DNA of 64,000 nt from assembly GCA_020696385.1 (NCBI GenBank), contig JAEHCQ010000001.1, positions 654,770-718,769 of the forward strand, written 5' to 3'. Position numbers and translations under genes: made by a program. Below are positions 10,733 through 21,511 of the stretch, one piece after another; position 1 is the first letter of the stretch, and the number at the start of each line of letters is the position of its first letter. The DNA is from Methanobacteriota archaeon (GTDB lineage Archaea; Thermoplasmatota; Thermoplasmata; SG8-5; JAGLSY01). The notes beneath the pieces were generated by a model that had not been told where the DNA came from, made no database searches, and worked only from the letters and a program-made list of their open reading frames with translations.

Positions 10733-10811
10733 ATCAAACACTCGATACGTGCATAGTAAGACCCGTGTTTGACAAAAAAGATGCATGCATTTACTGTAAA
10801 TGCACATCTTA
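10733..10811. repeat. Two-hairpin intergenic element, copy A
   Basis: TCAAACAC-N23-GTGTTTGA then CAAAA-AAGATG-CA-TGCATTTAC-T-GTAAATGCA-CATCTT; homologous to copies at 28459-28621. Confidence 0.85.
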
Positions 10812-10824
10812 AAAAAATGAAAGG

Positions 10825-10853
10825 AATGTCCAGCCTATGTATGGCTGGACATT
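10825..10853. terminator. 11-bp inverted repeat between convergent nrdJ and aquaporin genes
   Basis: AATGTCCAGCC-N7-GGCTGGACATT flanked by A- and T-rich runs. Confidence 0.55.
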
Positions 10854-10867
10854 ATTTTTAACTTAAT

Positions 10868-11581
10868 TCACTTCCTGGGTTCCAGGACGTATTTCCACAC
10901 TACAGCTGCTATGACTGCGCCGATTATCGGAGCCAGCCAGAACATCCAAAGTTGTTCCAGAGCCAGTGTGTTCTCCATCGCCATGACCAATGCAGGTCCC
11001 AAGCTTCTTGCAGGGTTGACGGATGTTCCGGTTATTGGAATTCCGACAATGTGCACGAAGGTCAAAGTAAGACCAATGGCCACTCCAGCGAAGGAGTTCT
11101 CAGACTTCTTCGATGTCGCACCCAGCACTACAAGCAAGAAGATGAAAGTAAGGACAACCTCGGCTATGAAAGCGGATATCAATGGATAGTTATCTGGAGA
11201 TGCAGTATCGTATCCATTCTGACCCAGTCCAACAGATTCCAGGTCATATCCAGCATGTCCATTCACTATGGAGAAGAGTATGAGAGCGCCAATTATCGCT
11301 CCTATGCTCTGATATATTATGTACATGATGGCATCGCTTTGCTTGATCTTTTTAGATACCAACATCGCGATGGTTATGGCCGGATTTATATGGCAGCCAG
11401 ATATTGGCCCGATGGCATATACCAGGGCCAGGACCGTAAGTCCAAAGGCGAATGAGATTCCAAGGAATCCAACATTTCCGCCTGCGATCACCGCACTACC
11501 ACATCCTATGAAAACAAGGATCATGGTTCCCAATAGTTCAGCTATATATCTTCTATCTAATACATTGATTTCTTCTGACAT
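10868..11581 (-). CDS. aqpZ: Aquaporin (MIP family, AqpZ-like)
   Basis: Two NPA motifs (SGCHINPA, TSVNPARS), AELLGT, GLGQNGY. Likely start MSEEI at 11581. Confidence 0.9.
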   Translation of the reverse strand: MSEEINVLDRRYIAELLGTMILVFIGCGSAVIAGGNVGFLGISFAFGLTVLALVYAIGPISGCHINPAITIAMLVSKKIKQSDAIMYIIYQSIGAIIGALILFSIVNGHAGYDLESVGLGQNGYDTASPDNYPLISAFIAEVVLTFIFLLVVLGATSKKSENSFAGVAIGLTLTFVHIVGIPITGTSVNPARSLGPALVMAMENTLALEQLWMFWLAPIIGAVIAAVVWKYVLEPRK

Positions 11582-11876
11582 TGCTTCACATCCCACGTAT
11601 GATTTAAATTCCAAGTGGTAAATAGATATAATAGTATAAAAATGTTTTATATAAATGATTATTTCTAAAATATCATTGTTATTTAAAGTACTGGCTCATC
11701 GTTTTTTGTAATACTTCGATCTTTTCAATTTTGGGCGGCCAGTGCTCGAAATGTATAAACGAGCACTGTTTTGACAGAACAAAACACTATTTAACCCGAA
11801 ATTTATGTCGGATGTATTGATGAGAGGGTCATGATCCATGATTTTTCCCATATAATGCATAGATGGAGGCAGCTAG

Positions 11877-13553
11877 ATGTCGGATCCAAAAATAGAGAAT
11901 ATCAAGAAAGCGAAGAAGGAATGGGAGAAAGGAACATATGCAAATGCGGTCAGCAAACATGGTGAGCGCAGGGATGATTTCGTCACAACATCCAGTGTAC
12001 CGATAAGACCATTACACACGCCGGACGATATTGCCGGATTTGACTATATGGAGAAGTTGAACTTCCCTGGTCAATTTCCTTTCACAAGAGGTGTTCAGCC
12101 GACCATGCATCGTGGCCGACTTTGGACCATGCGCCAGTTTGCAGGATTCGGGACAGCGGAGGAGACAAATCAGAGATATAAGTATCTCCTGGCTCACGGA
12201 GAAACCGGCCTCAGCGTGGCATTTGATTTCCCCACCCTTTATGGTAGGGACAGTGACGATCCACTTGCCGAGGGAGAATTTGGCAAGTGTGGTGTTGGCA
12301 TATCCTCATTGAAAGACATGGAAACTCTCTTCGACGGCATACCGATGAAAGACGTCAGTACTTCAATGACCATCAATGGACCAGCACCAGTTGTCTGGGC
12401 CTTCTATATCGCGGCTGCCGAGAACCAAGGGGCTTCCAGAGGCCAGATCACGGGAACGATCCAGAATGATATTCTGAAAGAATACATAGCGCAGAAATCA
12501 TGGATATTCCCTCCAGAGCCATCCATGAGGCTCATTGTCGATACTTTTGAATTTGGAACCAAGGAAGTTCCGCGATGGAACACGATAAGCATAAGCGGAT
12601 ATCACATTAGGGAAGCGGGATCTACCGCTCTCCAGGAACTGGCCTTCACATTGGCAGACGGGTTAGCGTATGTCGATGCCGCTATGGAACGTGGTCTGGA
12701 TCTGGATCAATTCGCTCCCAGATTATCATTCTTCTTCAATGCACACAATGACCTATTCGAAGAAATAGGTAAATACAGGGCCGCGAGGCGCATCTGGGCA
12801 AATGAGATGAAGAAGCGAGGAGCGAAAAAGGACAGGACCATGTGGCTGAGGTTCCATACCCAGACCGCCGGTTGTTCGCTAACTGCGCAACAACCGGAAA
12901 ATAACATTGTCAGAACAACGATCCAAGGACTGGCTTCCGTGCTCGGTGGTACGCAATCACTCCACACCAACTCAATGGATGAAGCACTGGCACTACCCAG
13001 CGAGAAGGCTGTGAAGATCGCTCTCAGAACTCAGCAGATAATCGCCGAGGAAAGCGGGGTGGTCAATACCATCGATCCTCTGGCAGGTTCCTATTATGTT
13101 GAATATATGACCGACTGGATGGAAGAAGGGACCTACAAATATTTCGACAAGATCGAGGCTTTGGGCGGAGTTCTCAAAGCCATTGACAAGGGATTCTTCC
13201 AGCAGGAGATAGCCAATGCCGCTTTCCAGTATCAGAAAGATATCGATAGCGGGGAAAGGACCATAGTGGGTGTCAATGAATATGTGGATGAGAAGGAGAA
13301 CATCGACATTCCGATACTGAAGATAGATCCAGAAGGCGAGAAGATCCAATTTGACAGGCTGAATAAAATAAGAAGTACAAGGGATCAGATAAAGACAGAT
13401 GCCGCATTGGAAGCTCTCAGGAAGGCGGCTGAAGGAGATGAGAACCTCATGCCCTACATACTGGATGCTGTCAAGAAGCAGGCGACATTGGGAGAGACCT
13501 GCGATGCACTGAGAGATATCTTTGGAGAATATGAGGAGCCAGCTGTCTTTTGA
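11877..13553 (+). CDS. icmA: B12-dependent acyl-CoA mutase large subunit, isobutyryl-CoA mutase type
   Basis: FPFTRG, WTMRQFAGF (F88), QNDILKEYIAQ (Q206), SISGYHIREAG, GGTQSLHTN; no B12-binding domain in this polypeptide. Confidence 0.8.
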   Translation: MSDPKIENIKKAKKEWEKGTYANAVSKHGERRDDFVTTSSVPIRPLHTPDDIAGFDYMEKLNFPGQFPFTRGVQPTMHRGRLWTMRQFAGFGTAEETNQRYKYLLAHGETGLSVAFDFPTLYGRDSDDPLAEGEFGKCGVGISSLKDMETLFDGIPMKDVSTSMTINGPAPVVWAFYIAAAENQGASRGQITGTIQNDILKEYIAQKSWIFPPEPSMRLIVDTFEFGTKEVPRWNTISISGYHIREAGSTALQELAFTLADGLAYVDAAMERGLDLDQFAPRLSFFFNAHNDLFEEIGKYRAARRIWANEMKKRGAKKDRTMWLRFHTQTAGCSLTAQQPENNIVRTTIQGLASVLGGTQSLHTNSMDEALALPSEKAVKIALRTQQIIAEESGVVNTIDPLAGSYYVEYMTDWMEEGTYKYFDKIEALGGVLKAIDKGFFQQEIANAAFQYQKDIDSGERTIVGVNEYVDEKENIDIPILKIDPEGEKIQFDRLNKIRSTRDQIKTDAALEALRKAAEGDENLMPYILDAVKKQATLGETCDALRDIFGEYEEPAVF

Positions 13554-13685
13554 TGTGCATTAAATATCTAAATACAGGTATCCGAAATAGGTCTTTTAAT
13601 GGCTATCAGTTGCGCATTTGATATTGTGCAGCTGCATTGATCGCACATCAAAATATTTTATATCCAAACACCCATATCACCATCC

Positions 13686-15827
13686 ATGGAAGACCCTCCG
13701 GCAGGACGCATCCAACAAGATGATGAAGAAAAGGATGAGAATTTCATAAGAGCGAATATCCTATCTGAATACGGGAACTACCAGAAAGCGATAGAATATT
13801 ATGATAAGGCCTCGGACACACTTAAGGATAATGATGTGCTCTTCAATAATTACGGTGTGGCACTGGATGCTCTGGGAAGGCATGAAGAGGCCATCGACAT
13901 GTACGACAATGCTCTAGCCATATCAGCGGATTATTCAATCGCCATGTACAATAAGGCAAATTCCCTGACATATCTGGGGGAACTGGATGAGGCACTGGAC
14001 GTCTATGATCAGGTCATCGCTATTGACCCCGAATACATGCACGCTTATTATGACAAGGGACTGACATTATCGTCCCTTGGCAGACTGGACGAGGCACTGG
14101 AGCTTTATGATGAGATCATCGAACAGGACCCGGATATACCGGGGCCCTGGATGAGAAAGGGTCTATTACTGGATGCTCAGAGGGACTATGAGGCCGCATT
14201 GGAGCATTATGATGTGGCATTGGAGCTTAACCCGGATAGTGAAGAGGCTTGGAATGGTAGAGGAAACACACTGTATAATCTCGAAAGGTTCGAGGAGGCC
14301 ATCGAATCATACGACGAAGCTATTGATGTCAATCCTCAAAGCGAGGAGGCTTGGAACAATAAAGGATTCACTTTCTTCATGCTGGGGCTTCATAATGAGG
14401 CTTTGAAAAGCTATGATATGGCCATTGATATCAATCCGAATTACAAACAAGCCTGGTACAATAAAGGGTACACTTATCATGGAATTGGAAGACTGGAAGA
14501 GGCTGTGGAATGTTATGAGGAAGCTCTGAAACTGGATCAGAGGGATGAGGTTCTGTGGAACAATATCGGAAATGCATTGTATAATCTTGATAGATGGCAG
14601 GAATCTATTCCTTATTTCGAAAAAGGGATAGAAGTATCGCCTGGCTATGAGATCGCCTGGAACAATATCGGAAATGCTTTGGATAAGATGGCGAAATATG
14701 CCGAGGCCCAGCCATACCATGATAAGGCTCTGGAATTCAAGCCAGATTTTGATTACGCGCTTTATGCGAAGGGATTTGGCCTTGCCAAATTGGGAGATAT
14801 CGATTATGGATTGGAGCTCATGAACCAATCCCTCGAATTGAATCCCAATTACGATCATTCATGGCATGCGAAGGGCGAGGTCATGCACTGGATGGGGAAG
14901 AAAGAGGAGGCGATCGATGCCATAAATAATTCCATCATCCTCAACCCCATGTTCATCGAGGCCTGGATCGACAGAGGCAAAATATTCAAAGAAATAGGGA
15001 ACTATGAGGAGGCGGAGATAAGCTTCAAGGAAGCATTGAACATTGTGGATAATCTCCTCATGTACGACCATATGGATATCTCCAACCTTGAGAAGAAGGC
15101 GGGGCTTTTGAGCACTCTCAAGAGATATGAGAGGGCGATGGTATGCTATGATCAGGCCATGGGGGCCGAGGATGCGGAGAAATTAAGGATCAAAAAGGCC
15201 GAACTCCTGATAACATTCGAGGAATATGATGAATTACTCGAATGGATCAATGAACTTCCAAATGAGGAAATAGACAGCCAGATATTGTACTTCAAAGCAA
15301 GGGCACTCCATGGCCTTGGTGAGATAGACAAGGCCTTGATCGCACTCACCAATAGCCTTGAAAAAAGTGGAAAGGAAGGATATGATGAAAATATCCATGT
15401 ATTCAAGGCCAGGCTTCTTGCCGATATGGAGAGATATGAGGAGAGCATGGTGTGCTTTGCCAGAAAAGGTCTCGGCCCCTCAGCCTTGACTACGAGGGCG
15501 GAGATCGAGATGAAAATGGGAAACAATGCAGATGCTTTACTATCCCTCGATAAAGCTTTATCAAAGGATAGTACCTGGCTGCCAGCCTGGAAGCTCATGG
15601 GCGAGATCGATATCATAAATGGAGATCATAAAAAAGCACTGGATACTTATGATAATATCCTGGGCATAGATGAGAATTATATATGGGCCTGGCTTGGAAA
15701 AGCAATAACATATTTCAAGATGGGGAAGGATAAAAAAGCGATGAGCGCCCTTGACATAGTTCTTGATATGGATCCGGAATTGGAACAAGCTAATGATTTG
15801 AAAAATGAAATTTTAAAGGCCCGATGA
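13686..15827 (+). CDS. Tetratricopeptide-repeat protein
   Basis: Many 34-aa repeats (AWNNKG...EEA...YD.A...P); TATA-like TTTTTATAT about 25 nt upstream. Confidence 0.9.
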   Translation: MEDPPAGRIQQDDEEKDENFIRANILSEYGNYQKAIEYYDKASDTLKDNDVLFNNYGVALDALGRHEEAIDMYDNALAISADYSIAMYNKANSLTYLGELDEALDVYDQVIAIDPEYMHAYYDKGLTLSSLGRLDEALELYDEIIEQDPDIPGPWMRKGLLLDAQRDYEAALEHYDVALELNPDSEEAWNGRGNTLYNLERFEEAIESYDEAIDVNPQSEEAWNNKGFTFFMLGLHNEALKSYDMAIDINPNYKQAWYNKGYTYHGIGRLEEAVECYEEALKLDQRDEVLWNNIGNALYNLDRWQESIPYFEKGIEVSPGYEIAWNNIGNALDKMAKYAEAQPYHDKALEFKPDFDYALYAKGFGLAKLGDIDYGLELMNQSLELNPNYDHSWHAKGEVMHWMGKKEEAIDAINNSIILNPMFIEAWIDRGKIFKEIGNYEEAEISFKEALNIVDNLLMYDHMDISNLEKKAGLLSTLKRYERAMVCYDQAMGAEDAEKLRIKKAELLITFEEYDELLEWINELPNEEIDSQILYFKARALHGLGEIDKALIALTNSLEKSGKEGYDENIHVFKARLLADMERYEESMVCFARKGLGPSALTTRAEIEMKMGNNADALLSLDKALSKDSTWLPAWKLMGEIDIINGDHKKALDTYDNILGIDENYIWAWLGKAITYFKMGKDKKAMSALDIVLDMDPELEQANDLKNEILKAR

Positions 15828-15854
15828 ACTTGAGCCTTTAAACATTAAATTGAC

Positions 15855-16172
15855 TCAGTCTGTGGTTCTGAGTATTATTTCTATATTAACGCCGTCTGGA
15901 ACCTGGATCCTCATGAGCGCTCTAAGAGCTCTCTCATCCGCATCCAGATCTATAAGGCGTTTGTGCACACGCATTTCCCAGCGTTCCCATGTTTCGGAAC
16001 CCTCACCATCTGGTGATTTCCTGCATGGAACTATGAGGCGTTTTGTTGGCAATGGTATTGGACCACTCATGGCAACGCCTGTTCTCTCAGATATATTCTT
16101 TATCTGGATACAGACACTGTCCACCTTCTCAGGGTCAGTGCCACTAAGTGAGATCCTTGCTTTTTGAGACAA
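15855..16172 (-). CDS. rpsJ: 30S ribosomal protein S10 (uS10)
   Basis: [35 protein letters not shown]; TTG start. Confidence 0.97.
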   Translation of the reverse strand: MSQKARISLSGTDPEKVDSVCIQIKNISERTGVAMSGPIPLPTKRLIVPCRKSPDGEGSETWERWEMRVHKRLIDLDADERALRALMRIQVPDGVNIEIILRTTD

Positions 16173-16215
16173 ACTTACACCCCGTCAAACAAAAAAAGAA
16201 AAGGGAAGGAGATCC

Positions 16216-17490
16216 TTACATCTCCTTCTTTTCTACATCTATGCACATTCCAGCTGCAACAGTCTGACCCATGTCCCTGATGGCGAATCTTCCCAACTGT
16301 GGGAATTCCTTTGCCTTCTCAATGACGAATGGTCTTGACGGCTGCAACTTGACTATTGCTGCATCTCCGGTCTTGAGGAACTGTGGGTTCTCCTCGCTCA
16401 CTTCACCAGTCCTTGGGTCGAGCTTCTTCTGAAGTTCGATAAAGGTACATGCGACCTGAGCTGTGTGGCAGTGGAACACTGGTGTGTAACCGACTGTCAG
16501 AACCGACGGGTGGTTAAGAACCATGATCTGAGCAGTGAAGGTCTTTGCCACGGACGGTGGGTTGTCCACTGGTCCAGCGACATCCCCTCTGCGGATATCG
16601 TTCTTTCCAATTCCTCTAACATTGAATCCAACATTGTCACCTGGCTCTGCCTTTGGCAGAATTTCGTGGTGCATTTCGATCGACTTTACTTCGCCGACCT
16701 TGTTAGATGGCATGAAGACCAGCTTCATATCTGGCTTCAATGTACCTGTCTCCACCCTACCGACCGGAACTGTTCCGATACCTGTGATGGTATAGACATC
16801 CTGAACTGGAACCCTAAGTGCGAGGTTTGTGGATTTTGGAGGCTCTTTGAGATCATTGAGCTGCTGCAACAGAGTGTTGCCCTTATACCAACCAGCCATC
16901 TCGCCAGCGTCCTTTGCTGCATTGTCGCCCTTGATAGCACTGACTGGAACAAAGTTCACCTGGTCATCCTTGTAACCAACTGACTTTACCAGCTTTGTGA
17001 CTTCCTCAACGACTGCTTTGTATTTGGCCTCATCATAGCCAATTGCATCCATCTTGTTGATGGCGACAATAAGCTGTGCGACACCCAAAGTCCTTGCAAG
17101 GAACACGTGCTCCTTTGTCTGAGCCATGACACCTTCTGGTCCGGCAACGACCAGCACTGCGGCATCTGCCTGGCTGGTACCGGTTATCATGTTCTTGACG
17201 AAATCCCTGTGACCAGGTGCGTCAATAATTGTGAAATAGTACTTTTCGCTCATGAACTTCTTGTGAGCCACATCTATGGTCACACCTCTTTCCCTTTCTT
17301 CCTTGAGGCCGTCCATGACCCAGGCAAATTCGAAACTTGCCTTGCCTTTCTCTTCGGCTTCCTTTCTGTATTTGTCAATTATATGCTGCTCGATAGTACC
17401 TGTGTCCAGGAGCATACGACCTACAAGGGTCGACTTTCCGTGGTCCACGTGTCCTATGAAGACTATGTTTAAATGCGGTTTTTCTGCCAT
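16216..17490 (-). CDS. tuf: Elongation factor 1-alpha
   Basis: [43 protein letters not shown]. Confidence 0.98.
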   Translation of the reverse strand: MAEKPHLNIVFIGHVDHGKSTLVGRMLLDTGTIEQHIIDKYRKEAEEKGKASFEFAWVMDGLKEERERGVTIDVAHKKFMSEKYYFTIIDAPGHRDFVKNMITGTSQADAAVLVVAGPEGVMAQTKEHVFLARTLGVAQLIVAINKMDAIGYDEAKYKAVVEEVTKLVKSVGYKDDQVNFVPVSAIKGDNAAKDAGEMAGWYKGNTLLQQLNDLKEPPKSTNLALRVPVQDVYTITGIGTVPVGRVETGTLKPDMKLVFMPSNKVGEVKSIEMHHEILPKAEPGDNVGFNVRGIGKNDIRRGDVAGPVDNPPSVAKTFTAQIMVLNHPSVLTVGYTPVFHCHTAQVACTFIELQKKLDPRTGEVSEENPQFLKTGDAAIVKLQPSRPFVIEKAKEFPQLGRFAIRDMGQTVAAGMCIDVEKKEM

Positions 17491-17552
17491 TTTATTTCCT
17501 CCAATGGTTTTCTGTCCCTATATCTATTTAATATATATTCTTTTCTTAGCTA

Positions 17553-19754
17553 TTATGCTGATGAATAGTAGTGCTCATCGTATGGCTCAGGCTTGAGTCC
17601 CTTTCGTGTTCTTATCTTGGCTACAACGTCCTGCTGCAATTCCCTGGGTATCCTTTCGAATCCACAGTTCTCAGTAGACCAGGATGCCCTTCCGCCTGTT
17701 ACGCTTCTCATATCATTGGAGAAGCCGAACATCTCGGCGACTGGAGCTTTGGACTTGATCACTGTCAGATCTCCATCCTGTTCCATATCCTCGATCACTG
17801 CTCGCCTCTGTTGCATCTCACTGGTTGCGCCTCCCATGACGTCCTGTGGTACACTCACGTATACCATCTGTTTGGGTTCCTGAAGAGTTCTACCTGCAAT
17901 ACACATTGCACCATAGATCGCCTGTCTTACAGCTGGAATTACCTGGGCTGGACCTCTGTGTATGGTATCCTCGTGAAGTTTCGCATCCATGAGCTTGACC
18001 TTCACTCCCATGACCTTTTCCTCGGCCAATGGACCACGGACCATGGCCTCTTTGAAAGCTTCCTTGCACAATTCCATTGTTTCGTGAAGGTTCTGAACTC
18101 CCTTTGAGCCATCTATCAAAACATTGGATCCTTCAAAGACAACGAGCTTCTTTGCTTCTTCCTTTGTCAAGCCCATTTCCTGAAGCTGAGCACCCAATAC
18201 TTTACTGTCCTTGATCTTTCCTTCCACCTGTATAGTACCCTCTCGGATCGCCTTGACGATCTCTTCTTCCAGAGGAGACACGGTTATGAAAAATCTGTTG
18301 TGCTTGTTCGGTGATTTGCCTTCGAATGGGCCTGCTGGCTTATCGATGCATTCTCTGTAAACAACGATCGGTGGTGAAGACTGGATCTCCACATCGTATT
18401 CGTTCTTGATCCTGTATTCTGTTATCTCAAGGTGAAGTTCTCCCATACCGGACATCAAATGCTCCCCGGTCTCCTTGTTGATATCAACTTGAATAGATGG
18501 ATCTGCTTTTGCAACGGACCTGAGCACATCGACCAGTTTTGGAAGGTCCCTCATGTGCTTTGCCTCGATAGCGACTGTGACCACAGGTTCTGAGTAGTGC
18601 ACGATCTTCTCGAAAGCTTCCATATCCGGGTTATCTGCTACTGTTGATCCAGCGATCGCATCCTTCAATCCATTGACAGCGACGATATTACCTGCGTCAA
18701 TTTCATCAACAGCTATCCTATCAGATCCTACACAGAGTGAAACTTGCTGCACTCTGTTTGGATTTGGCATACCAAGAACATGTAATGTCTGTCCTCTCTT
18801 GATACTTCCACTGTACATCCTTCCAATAGCTATCTCTCCCGCGTGGGGATCCATGATTATCTTGGTCACCATGAGAGCGACGGGTCCTTTTCCGTCACAT
18901 TTCATCATGCTCTGGCCTACCTCGGATTCTATGTCTCCGTGCCAGATATTTGGGATCCTACGGTTCTGCGCAATGATCGGGTCTGGACAATGCTCGATAA
19001 CCATATCCAGAAGGATCTGGTGAATAGGAGCCTTCTTTGAAAGATCTCTCTGCTCATCTTTGTCACAGAAATCATAGATATCCTTGAAACTGATTCCGGA
19101 TTCCTTCATGAAAGGAACGGATATGGCCCAATTGTGGTAGGCGGAACCAAAGGCAACACTGCCATCATCCACCTTGAGGCCCCAGTCCTTCTTGAACTCT
19201 GGAGGGACCATCTTCATTATGAGGTCATTGACGTTCTTGATGATCTTTATGAAACGCTCCTGCATTTGCTCGGGGGTGACCTGCAGCTCATTGATGAGCC
19301 TGTCAACCTTGTTTATGAAGAGGAGAGGTCTGACCCTCTCTTTCAGGGATTGCCTGATAACTGTCTCTGTCTGAGGCATGATTCCCTCAACAGCACAGAC
19401 CACGACTATAGACCCATCAACAGCTCTCATTGCCCTTGTGACGTCCCCGCCGAAATCTACGTGGCCAGGTGTATCAATAAGGTTAATAAGAAATTCCTTG
19501 TCGCCGTATGCGTGAACCATAGATGCATTGGCTGCGTTAATGGTTATACCACGTGCCTGCTCCTGCTCATCGAAATCAAGAAGCAGTTGCTTTCCGGCCA
19601 ATTCCTCTGACATCATACCGGCCCCGGCTATGAGATTGTCACTCAATGTGGTTTTACCATGGTCTATGTGAGCGGCTATTCCGATGTTCCTGATCATCGA
19701 GTGCTGAGTCATCAGTGCCTGGGCTTTCTTAATATTGTCTTCTTTTCGTCCCAT
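17553..19754 (-). CDS. fusA: Elongation factor 2
   Basis: [31 protein letters not shown]; diphthamide loop [12 protein letters not shown] is intact. Confidence 0.98.
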   Translation of the reverse strand: MGRKEDNIKKAQALMTQHSMIRNIGIAAHIDHGKTTLSDNLIAGAGMMSEELAGKQLLLDFDEQEQARGITINAANASMVHAYGDKEFLINLIDTPGHVDFGGDVTRAMRAVDGSIVVVCAVEGIMPQTETVIRQSLKERVRPLLFINKVDRLINELQVTPEQMQERFIKIIKNVNDLIMKMVPPEFKKDWGLKVDDGSVAFGSAYHNWAISVPFMKESGISFKDIYDFCDKDEQRDLSKKAPIHQILLDMVIEHCPDPIIAQNRRIPNIWHGDIESEVGQSMMKCDGKGPVALMVTKIIMDPHAGEIAIGRMYSGSIKRGQTLHVLGMPNPNRVQQVSLCVGSDRIAVDEIDAGNIVAVNGLKDAIAGSTVADNPDMEAFEKIVHYSEPVVTVAIEAKHMRDLPKLVDVLRSVAKADPSIQVDINKETGEHLMSGMGELHLEITEYRIKNEYDVEIQSSPPIVVYRECIDKPAGPFEGKSPNKHNRFFITVSPLEEEIVKAIREGTIQVEGKIKDSKVLGAQLQEMGLTKEEAKKLVVFEGSNVLIDGSKGVQNLHETMELCKEAFKEAMVRGPLAEEKVMGVKVKLMDAKLHEDTIHRGPAQVIPAVRQAIYGAMCIAGRTLQEPKQMVYVSVPQDVMGGATSEMQQRRAVIEDMEQDGDLTVIKSKAPVAEMFGFSNDMRSVTGGRASWSTENCGFERIPRELQQDVVAKIRTRKGLKPEPYDEHYYSSA

Positions 19755-19795
19755 ATCTATACTTCCTTTAATTTATAGTATATATTATTGAATCA

Positions 19796-20752
19796 TTATC
19801 TTGCAGAAGCTGCAACACGTTCGAGCTCTTCTTTCTTAGATACAGAGAAGCTGTTCATGTCCTTCTTAGAGGCCAGAACGATCTCATTGGCGAGGCATAC
19901 TTCGATGGATTTCGAGTTCTTGTAGGATGATTTAACAGCTCCCTTACAGATATTCCTGAAGGCTATATCCAGTCTTCTGGATGAGCTTGTATCCACTGCC
20001 TTTGGAACAGATATTCCACCATATCTCAGCCTGGTAACTTCTTCTCTGGGTGCGGCGTTCTCCAATGCATCGACAAGTACCTGGACAGGATGTGCCTTGG
20101 TTCTCTTCTCGATTATATCGAATGCATCCCTAACAACCTTGTAGCCCTTTGTTTTCTTTCCTGTGTACTCTTCGGTCCTCATGAGGTTGTTCAGTAATCT
20201 TTCGATGATATGGAGCTTGGTCTTTCCGAACCACTTGTTGGCATGCTTGGCGCCTGTGTGCGGCACTATTATAGGATCTATATTCAGATACTTTTCTAGG
20301 CCTGGATCGTGCACGACCACTTCTGATAAATTGTATTTACCGAACAGAAGCACTTTTTCTGGGGGCAGGCCAACAACCTTCTTTGGGCCTTTTGCTTTTG
20401 GTGCCTCTTCTGGCTTTGATTCTCCTTCGGCAACTGGTTCGGGAGTTGGTTCCAACTCAGCAGCTGGCTTCTCTTCTTTGGCCTCTGCCTTGGGTTTAGC
20501 CTTTGGTTTCTTAGCAGCTGGCTTCTCTTCTTTGACCTCTGCCTTGGGTTCTTCCTTGGCTGGCTTGGCAGCTGGCTTCTTTTCCTTGACCTCCGCCTTG
20601 GCTTCTTCCTTTACAGGTTCAGCAGCCTTGGGTTCTTTCTTGACCTCTGGAGCTGGCTCGGCAACTGGCTCTGCCTTGGGTGCTTCTTCCGCCTTGGGTT
20701 TAGCCTCGACAGGCTCTTCTTTTTTCTCTTCTGTCTTAATCTCATCGGCCAT
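19796..20752 (-). CDS. rpsG: 30S ribosomal protein S7 (uS7) with ~125-aa Lys/Glu/Ala/Pro-rich N-terminal extension
   Basis: C-terminal LLFGKY..., ENAAPREE, AVDTSSSRRLD, KKEELERVAASAR; position in the str operon. Confidence 0.95.
   Translation of the reverse strand: MADEIKTEEKKEEPVEAKPKAEEAPKAEPVAEPAPEVKKEPKAAEPVKEEAKAEVKEKKPAAKPAKEEPKAEVKEEKPAAKKPKAKPKAEAKEEKPAAELEPTPEPVAEGESKPEEAPKAKGPKKVVGLPPEKVLLFGKYNLSEVVVHDPGLEKYLNIDPIIVPHTGAKHANKWFGKTKLHIIERLLNNLMRTEEYTGKKTKGYKVVRDAFDIIEKRTKAHPVQVLVDALENAAPREEVTRLRYGGISVPKAVDTSSSRRLDIAFRNICKGAVKSSYKNSKSIEVCLANEIVLASKKDMNSFSVSKKEELERVAASAR
20460..20610 (-). repeat. Imperfect 54-bp tandem repeat encoding KAExKExKPAA in the S7 extension
   Basis: GCAGCTGGCTTCT...GCCTTGG units begin at about 20460, 20514 and 20568. 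Confidence 0.8.
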
Positions 20753-20757
20753 AATAA

Positions 20758-21186
20758 TCACCTAACTGGCTTCTCCTTTCTACCGCGTACCATCTCATCA
20801 AGAGATACACTATTAACTTGGATGACCTTGAATCTGACTCCAGGAATATCACCGTAAGAACGACCCATCCTACCGCCGATTCCTTCCACGAGAACTTCAT
20901 CGTGTTCATCAATAAAATTAATTGCTCCATCACCAACAGCGAAAGCAGTGATCTGCCTTCCGTTCTTAATGAGCTGGACCTTGACACACTTCCTGATAGC
21001 GGAGTTGGGCTGTTTAGCCTCGATACCCACCTTCTCCAGGACTATGCCTCTGGCCTGAGCTGAACCCTCGAGGGGGTCAGCCTTCTCCTTAAGACGTTCT
21101 ACCCTGGTCCTGTATTTTCTGTCGCTCCAGCGGAACTTCTGTCGGTCGTTCTTCAGTTTCCTTGCAGTATTCAATCCTCTAGCCAA
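20758..21186 (-). CDS. rpsL: 30S ribosomal protein S12 (uS12)
   Basis: [31 protein letters not shown]; probable TTG start after an AAGGTG SD. Confidence 0.97.
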   Translation of the reverse strand: MARGLNTARKLKNDRQKFRWSDRKYRTRVERLKEKADPLEGSAQARGIVLEKVGIEAKQPNSAIRKCVKVQLIKNGRQITAFAVGDGAINFIDEHDEVLVEGIGGRMGRSYGDIPGVRFKVIQVNSVSLDEMVRGRKEKPVR

Positions 21187-21227
21187 TTTTAACACCTTTT
21201 TATATTGGAAAGTAGGAGGACAAAGAG

Positions 21228-21242
21228 CTTTTTATATATATT
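21228..21242 (-). promoter_or_regulatory. TATA box for the str operon
   Basis: Minus strand reads AATATATATAAAAAG about 45 nt upstream of rps12; no nusA upstream. Confidence 0.5.
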
Positions 21243-21511
21243 ACTAACTGAGTGTGATAATATAATATTTTTAGATATCTGGCTATGCCTTTTTTACCAT
21301 AAATAATGAAATCTAGGCCAAAGATTGAAATATCATCCTTGATTTACAGTGTTTTGGTGAAAATAATATGGGTTGTCAATTAGGATTAGAACCAGCACAG
21401 CACGGTAGATGTGATAGATGGGTTGGCACGCACGGAATGTCATCTCAACCCACCCTTGGAAACATCTGCGAGTATTGCACGTATAATCAATAAATACCGG
21501 CGAGTGACCGT

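Noticed and set aside
11877-13553. Methylmalonyl-CoA mutase as the specific call
   Set aside because: It has Phe/Gln rather than Tyr/Arg at the substrate-carboxylate positions.
13607-13636. Hairpin CAGTTGCGCA/TGTGCAGCTG after icmA
   Set aside because: A single stem with two G-U pairs in a 3' region; not distinguishable from an ordinary terminator or stability hairpin.
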